DNA of 64,000 nt from an uncultured bacterium (GCA_905216055.1 CAJMSH010000002.1:167079-231078), one strand, 5' to 3'; positions 18,632 to 28,658 are shown, counted from the stretch's first letter. Notes: generated by a model from the letters alone, not told the origin. A program made the numbers and translations.

Positions 18632-19352
18632 ACTTTAATGATTCAACATACTGCCAGTAAGGCAAAACAGACCAGCTTGTATTCTTATCTTTTATAATAC
18701 TTGCAGGAATTCCGCCAATAATAGTATTTGTTTTTTCAAATGACTTTGTAACATAAGCTTTTGAAGCTACAATTGTATCTTTTGGAAGTTTTACACCCTT
18801 TTTTATTGTAACATCCTCACATAACCAACAATGATTTCCTATATTTATATCTTCAGGCGGATTTAATACTTGTTTTGTTTCATTATCAATTACAGTATGA
18901 AAATCTGTTGTCAAAAGTCTTACTCCATTTGCAATAAGACAATCATCTCCAATATTAACAGATATACCTGATTTGTCCGTACTTGCAATAAAAATTCCCC
19001 TAATAAAATTGTTTTTACCAATATTTATATTGGACTCTGATGCAGTAGCGCAGATATGTGAATTAGCTATACGATGTTTTGACCCGCCTATACTAACGCA
19101 TACGTTATCTCCACAAGTTATTGTTGTATTTTCAAATTTTGGGCAAGGCTTGTGAATTCTAATAACAGAATTTGCGCCACGAAAATCAACTTTTAATCCA
19201 TTTATTTTTTCAACTCTGGTTTCATTGCCTTTTTCATCAATTAACAATATTTTATTATTTTGAAATGCTAAACGATTTCTAAAACGAACTTTTATACCAA
19301 AAATATTTATTTTAAATGAATGATTTGCTGTACCTTTTTCTATAATTTTCAA
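18624..19352 (-). CDS. Hexapeptide-repeat (LbH) acetyltransferase
   Basis: 242 aa; C-terminal IGNHCWLCEDVTIKKGVKLPKDTIVASKAYV...IIGGIPA typical of sugar/capsule O-acetyltransferases. Confidence 0.65.
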   Translation of the reverse strand: MKIIEKGTANHSFKINIFGIKVRFRNRLAFQNNKILLIDEKGNETRVEKINGLKVDFRGANSVIRIHKPCPKFENTTITCGDNVCVSIGGSKHRIANSHICATASESNINIGKNNFIRGIFIASTDKSGISVNIGDDCLIANGVRLLTTDFHTVIDNETKQVLNPPEDINIGNHCWLCEDVTIKKGVKLPKDTIVASKAYVTKSFEKTNTIIGGIPASIIKDKNTSWSVLPYWQYVESLKST

Positions 19353-19507
19353 TCTTCCACATCCTATAATATATATATTATTACACTCAAAAAGATTTAT
19401 AATAAATTAGCCATAAGGCTATTTATAGAAATTAATTGAAAAATAATTATACAAAGACTAAAAACAAAAATCTATCACTCTAAAGAATAATATTTTCGCG
19501 TACGAGA

Positions 19508-20449
19508 TTATTCAATTGTAGCAATAATTTGTTCATAATACTTTTTGTCTTTACAAGGAACAATGTGGCTTTTATTACGTTCTTCATTGAATACAATTTT
19601 CCCTTCAATCGGGATACTCTTTGTCGCTTTTCTTAAAAACCACTCATACATAGTATCAACATGTCCTACATCTAATGCTCTAAACCCTGATTGAGAAAGA
19701 TCGTAGGCTAGAATTGTCGCAGTAGGGCCAAGTGCAATTATATACAATTCAGCTTTTGCATTTTTGCAGGCATTTAATATTTCATCATATTTTGAAAAAG
19801 CATCTTTTATCGGGCATATAATTCGTCTTATCGACTTTGTATTGGAGAATAAGTCGTTTCCTATACCTAGTCTGCTTCCTGCTCCTTCAACTATCACAAT
19901 ATCCTTATCATTCCATAATTTTTTCAAATTATTATAATAGTCATTTCCCTTTGTTTCACTTGAGAATTTTGACTGTCGGGTTAAAAAAGCGTCACCGTAT
20001 GATTTTTCAAAATTTATATATTTATATAAAAAATCTCTGCTAGAAATTAACACACGTCTAAAATAATCACTCGGACAATATCCAAATACATCAGGAATAC
20101 CAACCATCAAATTATCAAAATTATTAGTTAAAACTTCACATAATCGTTTTGAAAGCTTTGCATCATACTGTTGAAAATTAATACTTTCACCCATCATTAT
20201 TTTAAATTCACCATCTCCAAAACGAGCCAAAGACTTTTCAGAATCAATAAGTTCATACATTGTATCATACAAATTTAAAACTTTTGGCAATTTCACATTT
20301 TGCAGAGTTCTCGGATCAGCCAGTTCATATAAAAGATTTGCGAATTTTTCATCCATTTTATTTTTATTCACTGGTAATCGAAATTTCAAGCGTAAACCAA
20401 ATATATTAACTATTAACCTTCCAGTAAGCTTATTCTTTTTAATAAACAC
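19508..20449 (-). CDS. GT-D-type glycosyltransferase-like protein (DUF1792 family)
   Basis: 313 aa; signature SLARFGDGEF characteristic of DUF1792/GT-D. Confidence 0.5.
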   Translation of the reverse strand: MFIKKNKLTGRLIVNIFGLRLKFRLPVNKNKMDEKFANLLYELADPRTLQNVKLPKVLNLYDTMYELIDSEKSLARFGDGEFKIMMGESINFQQYDAKLSKRLCEVLTNNFDNLMVGIPDVFGYCPSDYFRRVLISSRDFLYKYINFEKSYGDAFLTRQSKFSSETKGNDYYNNLKKLWNDKDIVIVEGAGSRLGIGNDLFSNTKSIRRIICPIKDAFSKYDEILNACKNAKAELYIIALGPTATILAYDLSQSGFRALDVGHVDTMYEWFLRKATKSIPIEGKIVFNEERNKSHIVPCKDKKYYEQIIATIE

Positions 20450-20535
20450 AAAAATTTCTCCTTAATTACTTGTTATTATATCACAAATTGTTAACATTTT
20501 AGCCATGCCTGTCTTAAATATAGTTAAATATAAAT

Positions 20536-20880
20536 ATGAGTGATGAAATTAACAAAAAAGTTATTGATATATTTTCAAAGCATAATAATAATGTTTCAGA
20601 AGAAACTAAAGAAAAAGTAAAATATTATGCAGGATTCAGTTATGTTAGAATAGACAAAGACCATAACGGTAACAAATTTATTCCTGAACACTTGTTAAAA
20701 TATGCAGAAAAATGCCATTATATAGTCCGAGTAATGAGAGAATATAAAGGGGAAACAGTACTTTATAATTATGATGTGCCAAACAGTGACCTTTTTAAAT
20801 TTATGAAATCTTTTGAAGAAAATACTCTTGATGGCACTATAATTGAAATAGATAAATATTTCCCGGAGGATTTAGCATAA
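20536..20880 (+). CDS. Hypothetical protein (114 aa)
   Basis: ORF, no known domain. Confidence 0.4.
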   Translation: MSDEINKKVIDIFSKHNNNVSEETKEKVKYYAGFSYVRIDKDHNGNKFIPEHLLKYAEKCHYIVRVMREYKGETVLYNYDVPNSDLFKFMKSFEENTLDGTIIEIDKYFPEDLA

Positions 20881-20883
20881 CAA

Positions 20884-23448
20884 ATGAATTGTTTTTTTAG
20901 AGAAAATCACGAAGCCTTATATAAATGCAATAAACCTTATCAATACGTAGGTGGAGAATTTCTTTCCTATAACAAAGATTTTGATTCTGCAAAAGTCAGA
21001 TTTGCACTTGCATTCCCTGATAAATATGAAATAGGTATAAGCAATTTAGGACTTAGAGTATTATATGATTTAATCAATAAACAGCCCAATTTTATGGCAG
21101 ACAGAGTTTACGCACCGGAAGCCGACTTTCAGCCCAAACTTTTATATGGACTTGAGAGTAAACGTTATGTAAAAGATTTTGATGCAATTGGATTTTCTCT
21201 GCAATATGAAATGGCATATCCGACAGTTTTAAAAATGCTTGAAATGGCAGGAATTCCTTATCGTAATGATATGAGAGGAAATAATGATCCGATTGTTATT
21301 GCAGGCGGTCCTTGTGCATTTAACCCATTACCCGTTCAAGATTTTATTGACGTTTTTATGATCGGTGACGGAGAAGATAGCATTGTTGAAGTTTGCGAAA
21401 TTTTAGAAAAAACAAAAGGCTTGCCAAGAAAAGACAGAATTGAAGCACTTTGCGAAGGTGAAAATTCCGGCCGATGGTCAGCTTCAATTGGCGGAACGGT
21501 TACAAAGAGAATTGCTCAATTAAAATACGATACAGCTTTAAAATCTTATCCAATACCATTTTCAACCTCAGTCCAAGATAGGGCCGTTGTAGAAATAAGA
21601 CGAGGCTGCGGAAGAATGTGTCGTTTTTGTCAACCCGGACACGTTACTTTGCCGATTAGAGAAAGAGAAGCGGAAGATATTATAAAAATAGCAAAAGAGC
21701 TTGTAAAAAATACAGGATATGATGAATATTCACTACTTTCGCTTTCATCAAACGATTATAAAAATATTAACGAAGTAATAAAAGAGCTTGCAGTTGATTT
21801 TAATGAAAAGAAAATTTCCGTATCACTTCCAAGCCAAAGAATTGACGGCTTTAACCTTGAGCTTGCAAACCTTGTACAAAGTGTCAGAAAATCCACAATG
21901 ACACTTGCTCCTGAAGCAGGAAGCCAAAGACTAAGAAACGTTATCAAAAAAAATATTACAGAAGAACAAATTTTAAATGCGGTATTAACCCTCTATGAAA
22001 ACGGTTGGTCAAAAATCAAATTCTATTTTATCTGCGGACTTCCGACAGAAACCTTAGAAGATATGGACGAAATGGCAGAACTTTTGAATAGAATAAAATA
22101 CCGTTGCCGCCAAATCAAAAGAGAAAAAGGAATAAATCACGGACTTGATATAACCTGCACTTTATCAATTTTTGTTCCAAAACCTTTCACGCCATTCCAA
22201 TGGCACGGACAAATGTGTTTGGAAAAAGTTGATGAACATATTCGCTATTTAAGAGAAAAAACTGCACACATTAAAGGACTAAAAATTAATTATCACGAGG
22301 ATACAATCTCTCAAATTGAAGCGGTTTTAACAAGAGGCGACAAATCTCTTTGCAAATATATTGAAGCTCTTTATAAAAAAGGCTGCTACTTAGATGCGTG
22401 GGGAGAATACTTTAAAAAAGAAGTTTGGCACGACACTGCAAAAGAGCTTGGAATTAATCTTGCAGAGCTTGCTCAAAAGCAATATTCAACAGAAGAAAAT
22501 CTTCCTTGGGATTTTATAAATATCGGTGTTGACAAAGAATGGTTTATAAACGAATACAAAACAGCACTTTCAGAACAAAATTCAACAGATACACCAACAA
22601 TTGTTCCGACCTGCGAAACAAAATGTGTAAACTGCGGAGTTTGCAAAAACCTAAAAACTCACAAAATACTTGCAAAACCCTTTAGAGCAAGTGAAAAAGC
22701 TCAAAACTTAAAAATTGAAATAAAAGATCCCAAAACAATAAACGGCTATGATAGAGAAATCTATAAATATAGAATTAAATTAACAAAAACTGGTATTTTA
22801 AAATATTTTTCACATTTGGATTGGCAAAACACATTTTTTAAAGCACTTGCCAGAACCGACTTGAATATTGTATATTCACTAGGCTACAACCCATCAATGA
22901 AGGTATCAATGGGAATAGCATTACCTCTGTTTGCAGAAAGTGAGTGCGAACTTGTAGATATTGAATTATTTGACAATATTTCAACAGATGAACTCAAACT
23001 AAAGTTAGAGAAAGTCTTACCGGAACAATCAAGAGTAATAAGTATTGTAAAAATAGAAAAAAATGCACCTGCGATTGATATAACAGCTCAATGGGCAGAA
23101 TATAAAATTGATATTTTTAGCAAATCACTTTACGATTTTGAAAATTTACGATATAATACAGACAAAGTTTTATCTTCCAAAGAAATTTTTATTGAGAAGA
23201 AAAACAAAAAAGGTTTAATCAAAAAAACAGACATTAAAAAGTCAATAAAATCATATAGATTTGAAGGCGAAAGTCTGTTCATAGTGTTAAAAAGCGGGCA
23301 ATCCGCAATTAATCAAAAAGACGGGACGACAGAAGAGGGAATTCCCGCACTGAGAGCAGATGTTTTAATGAATTTAATTGCACCCGATGTAACCTTTGAT
23401 ATTAAGCGTATTCGCTTTTTTGACAAAGATTTTAAAAAATTACAGTAA
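20884..23448 (+). CDS. B12-binding-domain radical SAM protein fused to a DUF2344-like domain (TIGR03960/TIGR03936-type), as found next to rne/rng
   Basis: 854 aa; radical SAM CGRMCRFCQPG; conserved placement immediately upstream of an RNase E/G gene. Confidence 0.75.
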   Translation: MNCFFRENHEALYKCNKPYQYVGGEFLSYNKDFDSAKVRFALAFPDKYEIGISNLGLRVLYDLINKQPNFMADRVYAPEADFQPKLLYGLESKRYVKDFDAIGFSLQYEMAYPTVLKMLEMAGIPYRNDMRGNNDPIVIAGGPCAFNPLPVQDFIDVFMIGDGEDSIVEVCEILEKTKGLPRKDRIEALCEGENSGRWSASIGGTVTKRIAQLKYDTALKSYPIPFSTSVQDRAVVEIRRGCGRMCRFCQPGHVTLPIREREAEDIIKIAKELVKNTGYDEYSLLSLSSNDYKNINEVIKELAVDFNEKKISVSLPSQRIDGFNLELANLVQSVRKSTMTLAPEAGSQRLRNVIKKNITEEQILNAVLTLYENGWSKIKFYFICGLPTETLEDMDEMAELLNRIKYRCRQIKREKGINHGLDITCTLSIFVPKPFTPFQWHGQMCLEKVDEHIRYLREKTAHIKGLKINYHEDTISQIEAVLTRGDKSLCKYIEALYKKGCYLDAWGEYFKKEVWHDTAKELGINLAELAQKQYSTEENLPWDFINIGVDKEWFINEYKTALSEQNSTDTPTIVPTCETKCVNCGVCKNLKTHKILAKPFRASEKAQNLKIEIKDPKTINGYDREIYKYRIKLTKTGILKYFSHLDWQNTFFKALARTDLNIVYSLGYNPSMKVSMGIALPLFAESECELVDIELFDNISTDELKLKLEKVLPEQSRVISIVKIEKNAPAIDITAQWAEYKIDIFSKSLYDFENLRYNTDKVLSSKEIFIEKKNKKGLIKKTDIKKSIKSYRFEGESLFIVLKSGQSAINQKDGTTEEGIPALRADVLMNLIAPDVTFDIKRIRFFDKDFKKLQ

Positions 23449-23460
23449 AGGATTTTATTT

Positions 23461-25314
23461 ATGACAAACGACAAACACAACAAAAACGGAAATGTTGAGA
23501 AAAAAATCATCATTGCTGAACGGGACAACATTGCCGCAGTAATGGAAAACGGTAAAGTAACCGACTTTTTTATTTCAAGAGGAGAAGTAATTTTAGGAGA
23601 TGTTTACCTCGCAACAGTTGATAACATCTTACCAAGTATTGATGCTGCATTCGTTAACGTAGGCACTGATAAAATGGGCTTTTTACACGCACAAGATGTT
23701 ATGGGAAAAGGTGCTCTAAAAGACAAACTTACTCCAAAACAAAGACTTATTGTACAAGTTGTAAAAGAACCGACAGGTCATAAAGGACCAAGAGTTACAA
23801 CAGAAATAAGCTTGCCGGGAAGATTTTTGGTATTAATGCCTTATGAACCGGGTATCAGCATAAGTAAAAAAATTGAAAATTCAAAAGAAAGAGCAAGACT
23901 AAAATCAGTTGTTAGCCTTATCAAACCTGTTGGAGTAGGCGTAATTATCAGAACTGAAGCAGAAGGTCAATCAGAAGCTGATATCCAAGAAGATTTGGAA
24001 ATCTTACTTGAAAAATGGAACAACATAATTACGGCTGCAGAAACAATGACACCTCCAAATCTTTTGTATAGAGATCAAGACTTGTTATATAGAACAATTA
24101 GAGAAGCTTGCACGGAAGATGTAAAAGAAATCGTTGTAGATACAGCTTTTGCAATGCAAAGAGTTCAAAATATTTTGCAAAACTGGCACATGAATAAAAA
24201 TGTTCAAGTAACTCTTTACAAAGGAACAGAACCGCTTTTAATTGCAACAGATGTACACAAAGAAATAAAAGCAGCTTTGAATGTAAAAGTTAATATGCCA
24301 TCAGGCGGATATCTGTTTATTCAACAAACTGAAGCTTTGACAGTAATTGACGTAAACAGCGGTAAATTTACAAGTTCTTCAACTCAAGATGAAACAATTT
24401 TAAAAACAAATATTGAAGCAGTACATGAAATTGCAAGACAATTAAGATTAAGAAACATCGGCGGAATGATTATCGTAGACTTTATTGATATGATGTCACG
24501 AGCAGATAAGCTTGCAATGCTTGAAGAACTTGAAATTGCTCTTGAACCTGATAAAGCAAAACCTCAAGTCGGACAAATTTCAGATTTGGGCTTGGTAGAA
24601 TTAACAAGACACAGACAAGGTCAATCTCTTTCTGAAATCTTTACAAGAAAATGTCCGCACTGCCAAGGAACAGGTTATTTCATGAACGAATTTAACTTCT
24701 CAACTCCAACAGCAGAAGGTGAATACAGAGCAAAAGCTGCAAAAATGAAGTTACCTGTAAACAACTTCAAAAAGAATAAAAACAAAAATAACAACAACAA
24801 TAATCAACCTGTACCTCAACAAGATAATCAGGTTGCAGAACAACAAGAAATTCAACAAACACCTGAAATAGATGTTGAAAATCCATCTGCTATTGCAATT
24901 CAAGAAACAGAAAAACGAGATACAAGAAAAAAACGCGGAAACAGAAAAAATAAATTTGAAAAGAAACCGGAAACCGAAAATGTATCAACAACACCATCTG
25001 CTGAAGTTGAAACTGCACAAACAGTGCTTAAACCAAATGAAGAAATTAAGCCAACAATAGAACCGGAAGCAGAAAAACAACAGGAAACAAATACTCAACC
25101 AAAAGAAGAAGAACAATCTCCTAAACAAACGGTTGAAAAAGAAGTAACAGAAGCTTCTGAAAACACAGAAACACCTGCAGAACCTGCTGAAAAAGAAGTT
25201 AAAAAGACACGCAGACCAAATAGAGGTGCTTCTAAAGCTAAAAAAACAAGAACAAGAAAAACTAAAGAAGCTAAAGAAACACCAGAAACAACAGAGGCAA
25301 AAGTTGAAGAATAA
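23461..25314 (+). CDS. rne: RNase E/G-family endoribonuclease with long low-complexity C-terminal tail
   Basis: 617 aa; S1 domain, catalytic DVNSGKF and DFIDM motifs, zinc-link CPHCQGTG; C-terminal ~180 aa K/E/T/P/N-rich. Confidence 0.85.
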   Translation: MTNDKHNKNGNVEKKIIIAERDNIAAVMENGKVTDFFISRGEVILGDVYLATVDNILPSIDAAFVNVGTDKMGFLHAQDVMGKGALKDKLTPKQRLIVQVVKEPTGHKGPRVTTEISLPGRFLVLMPYEPGISISKKIENSKERARLKSVVSLIKPVGVGVIIRTEAEGQSEADIQEDLEILLEKWNNIITAAETMTPPNLLYRDQDLLYRTIREACTEDVKEIVVDTAFAMQRVQNILQNWHMNKNVQVTLYKGTEPLLIATDVHKEIKAALNVKVNMPSGGYLFIQQTEALTVIDVNSGKFTSSSTQDETILKTNIEAVHEIARQLRLRNIGGMIIVDFIDMMSRADKLAMLEELEIALEPDKAKPQVGQISDLGLVELTRHRQGQSLSEIFTRKCPHCQGTGYFMNEFNFSTPTAEGEYRAKAAKMKLPVNNFKKNKNKNNNNNNQPVPQQDNQVAEQQEIQQTPEIDVENPSAIAIQETEKRDTRKKRGNRKNKFEKKPETENVSTTPSAEVETAQTVLKPNEEIKPTIEPEAEKQQETNTQPKEEEQSPKQTVEKEVTEASENTETPAEPAEKEVKKTRRPNRGASKAKKTRTRKTKEAKETPETTEAKVEE

Positions 25315-25390
25315 AATATTTAATACAATATTTACATTATTATTTTTAACAGCGAATGCGGGCTTGTGCGAACAAACCCGCACAGCTGTA

Positions 25391-25594
25391 ATGCCAAATC
25401 CGTTAATAAAATTTGCACTTGCAATGGGCGGAGTAATTTTATCATCAGTTGTTATTTTGGTCGGCTTAAAAATTTATAAAAAAATCTTTGTTGATAAACG
25501 AAATACAAATATAATAAAAGATGAAATTTTAAAAACACCAAGAACAACTGAAGAAGCTATTAAATTTTTTATAAACAAAAACAAATTAAATTAA
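25391..25594 (+). CDS. Small single-TM hypothetical protein
   Basis: Internal ATG of the track ORF; TM helix IKFALAMGGVILSSVVILVGL; no clear RBS. Confidence 0.3.
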   Translation: MPNPLIKFALAMGGVILSSVVILVGLKIYKKIFVDKRNTNIIKDEILKTPRTTEEAIKFFINKNKLN

Positions 25595-25602
25595 GGTATA
25601 TT

Positions 25603-25836
25603 ATGAAAAGACAAGCTTTTGGCGCAATAGATTTATTGATAAGCCTTTTAGTTTCATCCGTAATAATTTTAATAGGCATAAATGCAATAAAAGGCATATC
25701 TTCCATTAAATTAAACGGTTCATCAGTAAATCAAAAAAGCGTTGAAGAACAAGTTGACAAACAAGTTGAAGATATACAAAATATGCGTCAACAAACAATT
25801 GATTATAACAATCAAATGCAACAAGATAGTTTTTAA
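25603..25836 (+). CDS. Small membrane protein (77 aa), weakly prepilin-like N-terminus
   Basis: MKRQAFGAIDLLISLLVSSVIILIGINAI hydrophobic N-terminus. Confidence 0.35.
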   Translation: MKRQAFGAIDLLISLLVSSVIILIGINAIKGISSIKLNGSSVNQKSVEEQVDKQVEDIQNMRQQTIDYNNQMQQDSF

Positions 25837-25860
25837 AATTCCTGTTATGTTTTAACCCAA

Positions 25861-26610
25861 TTATCTTGCTTTTTTCATTGTTTTTTGTAATTCTAATCTT
25901 AACTGATTATTTTCCTGTTTCGAAAGTTTACCCTTAACAGAATAAGGATACTGATTTTCCCTTATTGTGCCATTTGGATCAATCTTATAATCATAACCGT
26001 ATTTATTTAAATTTTTCTTACTATTTTCGAGATAAACATTATTTATCTTCTTATGTTCATTAACACTAAATGACATAACCATATTATTTTTATTTATAAA
26101 GCCATATTTTGTTTTTTCTTCATTGCTTACATGGTACATATCACTAAGATAAAGATCTACTTTTTCGACTTTTACCGTTTTATCATTTTTTATAGTATTT
26201 AATGCAGAATTAACACTTTGCACAGCTTCAGATTTTTGAGGGACTACCTTAGCTTTAGAAGTATAATTATTATCTGAAGTTTTTTTCTTCTCTAAATTGT
26301 TTTTTCCAACAACATTTCTGGAGTTTTTATTATTTACTGCCTCTTTTTTTGTAGAAGGGAGATATATTTTTTGCTTTACTTTAAGATTATTCATCTCTTC
26401 TATTGTGTCAAACTCATTAATTTTAGCAATCAATAGCATTCGATTATTAATTTCATTGTTTGTAGCTTTTTTCTTATTTAAATTTTTTTTAGCTAAACTC
26501 CATAATGTTTCACCTTTTTTTACAGTATGAATTTCTTTATTTTTTACATCAGGCAATTTTGCCATAACAGCATTCAAATAAGCTTGTTGCTTAGAAATTT
26601 TATCAACCAT
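25861..26610 (-). CDS. LysM-domain protein, K/N-rich
   Basis: 249 aa; N-terminal LysM (HTVKKGETLWSLAKKNL...). Confidence 0.65.
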   Translation of the reverse strand: MVDKISKQQAYLNAVMAKLPDVKNKEIHTVKKGETLWSLAKKNLNKKKATNNEINNRMLLIAKINEFDTIEEMNNLKVKQKIYLPSTKKEAVNNKNSRNVVGKNNLEKKKTSDNNYTSKAKVVPQKSEAVQSVNSALNTIKNDKTVKVEKVDLYLSDMYHVSNEEKTKYGFINKNNMVMSFSVNEHKKINNVYLENSKKNLNKYGYDYKIDPNGTIRENQYPYSVKGKLSKQENNQLRLELQKTMKKAR

Positions 26611-26675
26611 AATATTCTCCTATAAAATTCCCCGTATTTTAATAAAAGAAATTATGAGAAAAAAATTGCTTATTA

Positions 26676-27644
26676 TTAACAAATATTAAGTATCTGTTTT
26701 TCAACATCAAGTCCTTGTTGTTTTTGTATAATTTCAATCATTTCTTTAACAATTTTATTATAAGGAGTTGCAATACCATGTTCTAAGCCAAGCTTTATAA
26801 CAGTACCTGCAAACATTTCAACTTCAGTTTTTCTTCCGGCTTCAACGTCTTGAAGCATTGATGTTTTTCCGTCAGGAATCATTTTATTTAAATTTTCGAT
26901 AGTTTCATCAATCATTACATCTGTATTTTTAACCCCTTCTGCTTTGGCAACCAACTGAACCTCTTTCATCAGATTTATGGCAAATTCCATACATTTATCA
27001 TTTTCTAAAAACTCACCGAACGTAAATCTTAAGATTGCAGTTGTCTGATTTGCCGCAACATTCAACATAAATTTTAACCATAATGAATGAATTATATCCT
27101 CAGGAATTTTATAGTTAATCCCGACACGTTCAAAATATTCTTTAACTCTTTGAACATTATCAAAATCCGCAGAATTTTCAGAACCATAGACAATTGTATT
27201 TACATCATCATGAACTATATTTCTGCCTGCTCTGACAGCACTATGCCCGATAAAATATGAATATAAAAGTTTTTCACGTCCATAAGTTTGAGCAATAATT
27301 TTTTCACTTGTAACACCATTCAAAAGCGACATTATAACAGTATCGTCCTGAACAAAATTTTTAATATTTTCAATTACATCAAACAAACCGTCATATTTTG
27401 TAGCTATTATAATTAAGTCTGCTTTAAAATTGTTATCATCTGGCAATACATAATTAAAATTTAATTCTTTACCGTTAAAAATCGTAGGATTTTTAATATA
27501 TCTTTCATATCGTTGCTTATCAACCAAAACCCTTAAATTTTCAGCATCATAATTTTGGATTTTATTGGCATAAATACTGCCTACTGCCCCTATACCGCAT
27601 ATTAAAACATTTTTTATATCTTTCATATTTTTATAATAACACAC
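26676..27644 (-). CDS. panE: 2-dehydropantoate 2-reductase (ketopantoate reductase, ApbA/PanE family)
   Basis: 322 aa; GIGAVGS Rossmann motif, LLNG motif, SMLQDVEAGRKTEVE signature. Confidence 0.8.
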   Translation of the reverse strand: MCYYKNMKDIKNVLICGIGAVGSIYANKIQNYDAENLRVLVDKQRYERYIKNPTIFNGKELNFNYVLPDDNNFKADLIIIATKYDGLFDVIENIKNFVQDDTVIMSLLNGVTSEKIIAQTYGREKLLYSYFIGHSAVRAGRNIVHDDVNTIVYGSENSADFDNVQRVKEYFERVGINYKIPEDIIHSLWLKFMLNVAANQTTAILRFTFGEFLENDKCMEFAINLMKEVQLVAKAEGVKNTDVMIDETIENLNKMIPDGKTSMLQDVEAGRKTEVEMFAGTVIKLGLEHGIATPYNKIVKEMIEIIQKQQGLDVEKQILNIC

Positions 27645-27794
27645 GAAATCTGAAAAAAAATTATTCTTTATATATATTTAATCCCAATTTGTTAAAAATT
27701 GTACACATGGACAAGTTTTAAGACAATTTTCAAATAGAAAAACACTTTATAAATATATATTAGTAGTGTAGTAAATTTATAGTGTAGAATTCTA

Positions 27795-28574
27795 ATGGGA
27801 TTGGAAATTTCAAAAGCGTTTAGTGTAGGCGCAATACAACCGAATATTTATGTTAACCGAAACAGATATAATGTAGGCTTTTTCGGCGACTTATATTCTG
27901 ATAAATTTGAGAGCAACTCTCCACAAAGATATACATCAGAACCTGTTATAAGAAAAATGATTAATTCAAATCCAAAAATAAAAAATCTTGTAAAAGATTT
28001 CAACCCTGAATTAAACTTGAATATGCAGGAATTAGAACAACTTTTGGCACAACATGCAACAGATACAAAAAATATTGCAAAAGGAATAACTCAAAATCTT
28101 CCGTTTTCTCTACAAACAAAAGTAAATACTCAAGCCATAGAATCAGCAGCATACCTTCATGATCTTGGCAAAGTTCTTATACCTGCAGAAATTTTAAACA
28201 AGCCTGACAGACTTAATGAAGCTGAAACACAAATTATGCATAAGCATTCACAATTAAGTTATGAGCTTTTAAAGAATTCAAGCCTTGATGAAAAAACATT
28301 AAACCTAATCAGAAACCACCATCAAAATGCTAAAAAGACAGGCTATCCTTGGGTTGGCAAAGATTTTAATGCAGATTTAGACTTGCAAATTTTATCAACA
28401 GCAGACAAATACTCTGCGCTGACAGAAACTCGTACATATAAAGCACCAATGAGTTCAAAAGAAGCTTTGACAATAATTTACCAAGACGTGAAAGAAGGCA
28501 AACTTCATCCGTTTGTATTCAAAGCACTCGTAAATTATGCAAATGACACAACACCAATGGCAAAAGCAATATAG
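27795..28574 (+). CDS. Stand-alone HD-GYP domain protein (putative c-di-GMP phosphodiesterase)
   Basis: 259 aa; HDLGKV metal-binding motif and HHQNAKKTGYPWVG (HHExxDGxGYP-like). Confidence 0.65.
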   Translation: MGLEISKAFSVGAIQPNIYVNRNRYNVGFFGDLYSDKFESNSPQRYTSEPVIRKMINSNPKIKNLVKDFNPELNLNMQELEQLLAQHATDTKNIAKGITQNLPFSLQTKVNTQAIESAAYLHDLGKVLIPAEILNKPDRLNEAETQIMHKHSQLSYELLKNSSLDEKTLNLIRNHHQNAKKTGYPWVGKDFNADLDLQILSTADKYSALTETRTYKAPMSSKEALTIIYQDVKEGKLHPFVFKALVNYANDTTPMAKAI

Positions 28575-28586
28575 CTGTTTATTTTG

Positions 28587-28625
28587 AGATACTGAAACAA
28601 TTTCAGTATAATATAATTTTTATAT
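28587..28625 (+). terminator. Terminator after the HD-GYP gene
   Basis: agatactgaaa / tttcagtat hairpin followed by aatataatttttata. Confidence 0.5.
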
Positions 28626-28658
28626 TTATCTAATATTACGCTTTTAGCTTTTAATGCA

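Noticed and set aside
24985-25383. Cys/Phe-rich 132-aa minus-strand ORF, plus a plus-strand 62-aa ORF at 24872-25060.
   Set aside because: They are the antisense and out-of-frame readings of the repetitive A/G-rich codons encoding the RNase E/G K/E-rich tail. They are not independent genes.
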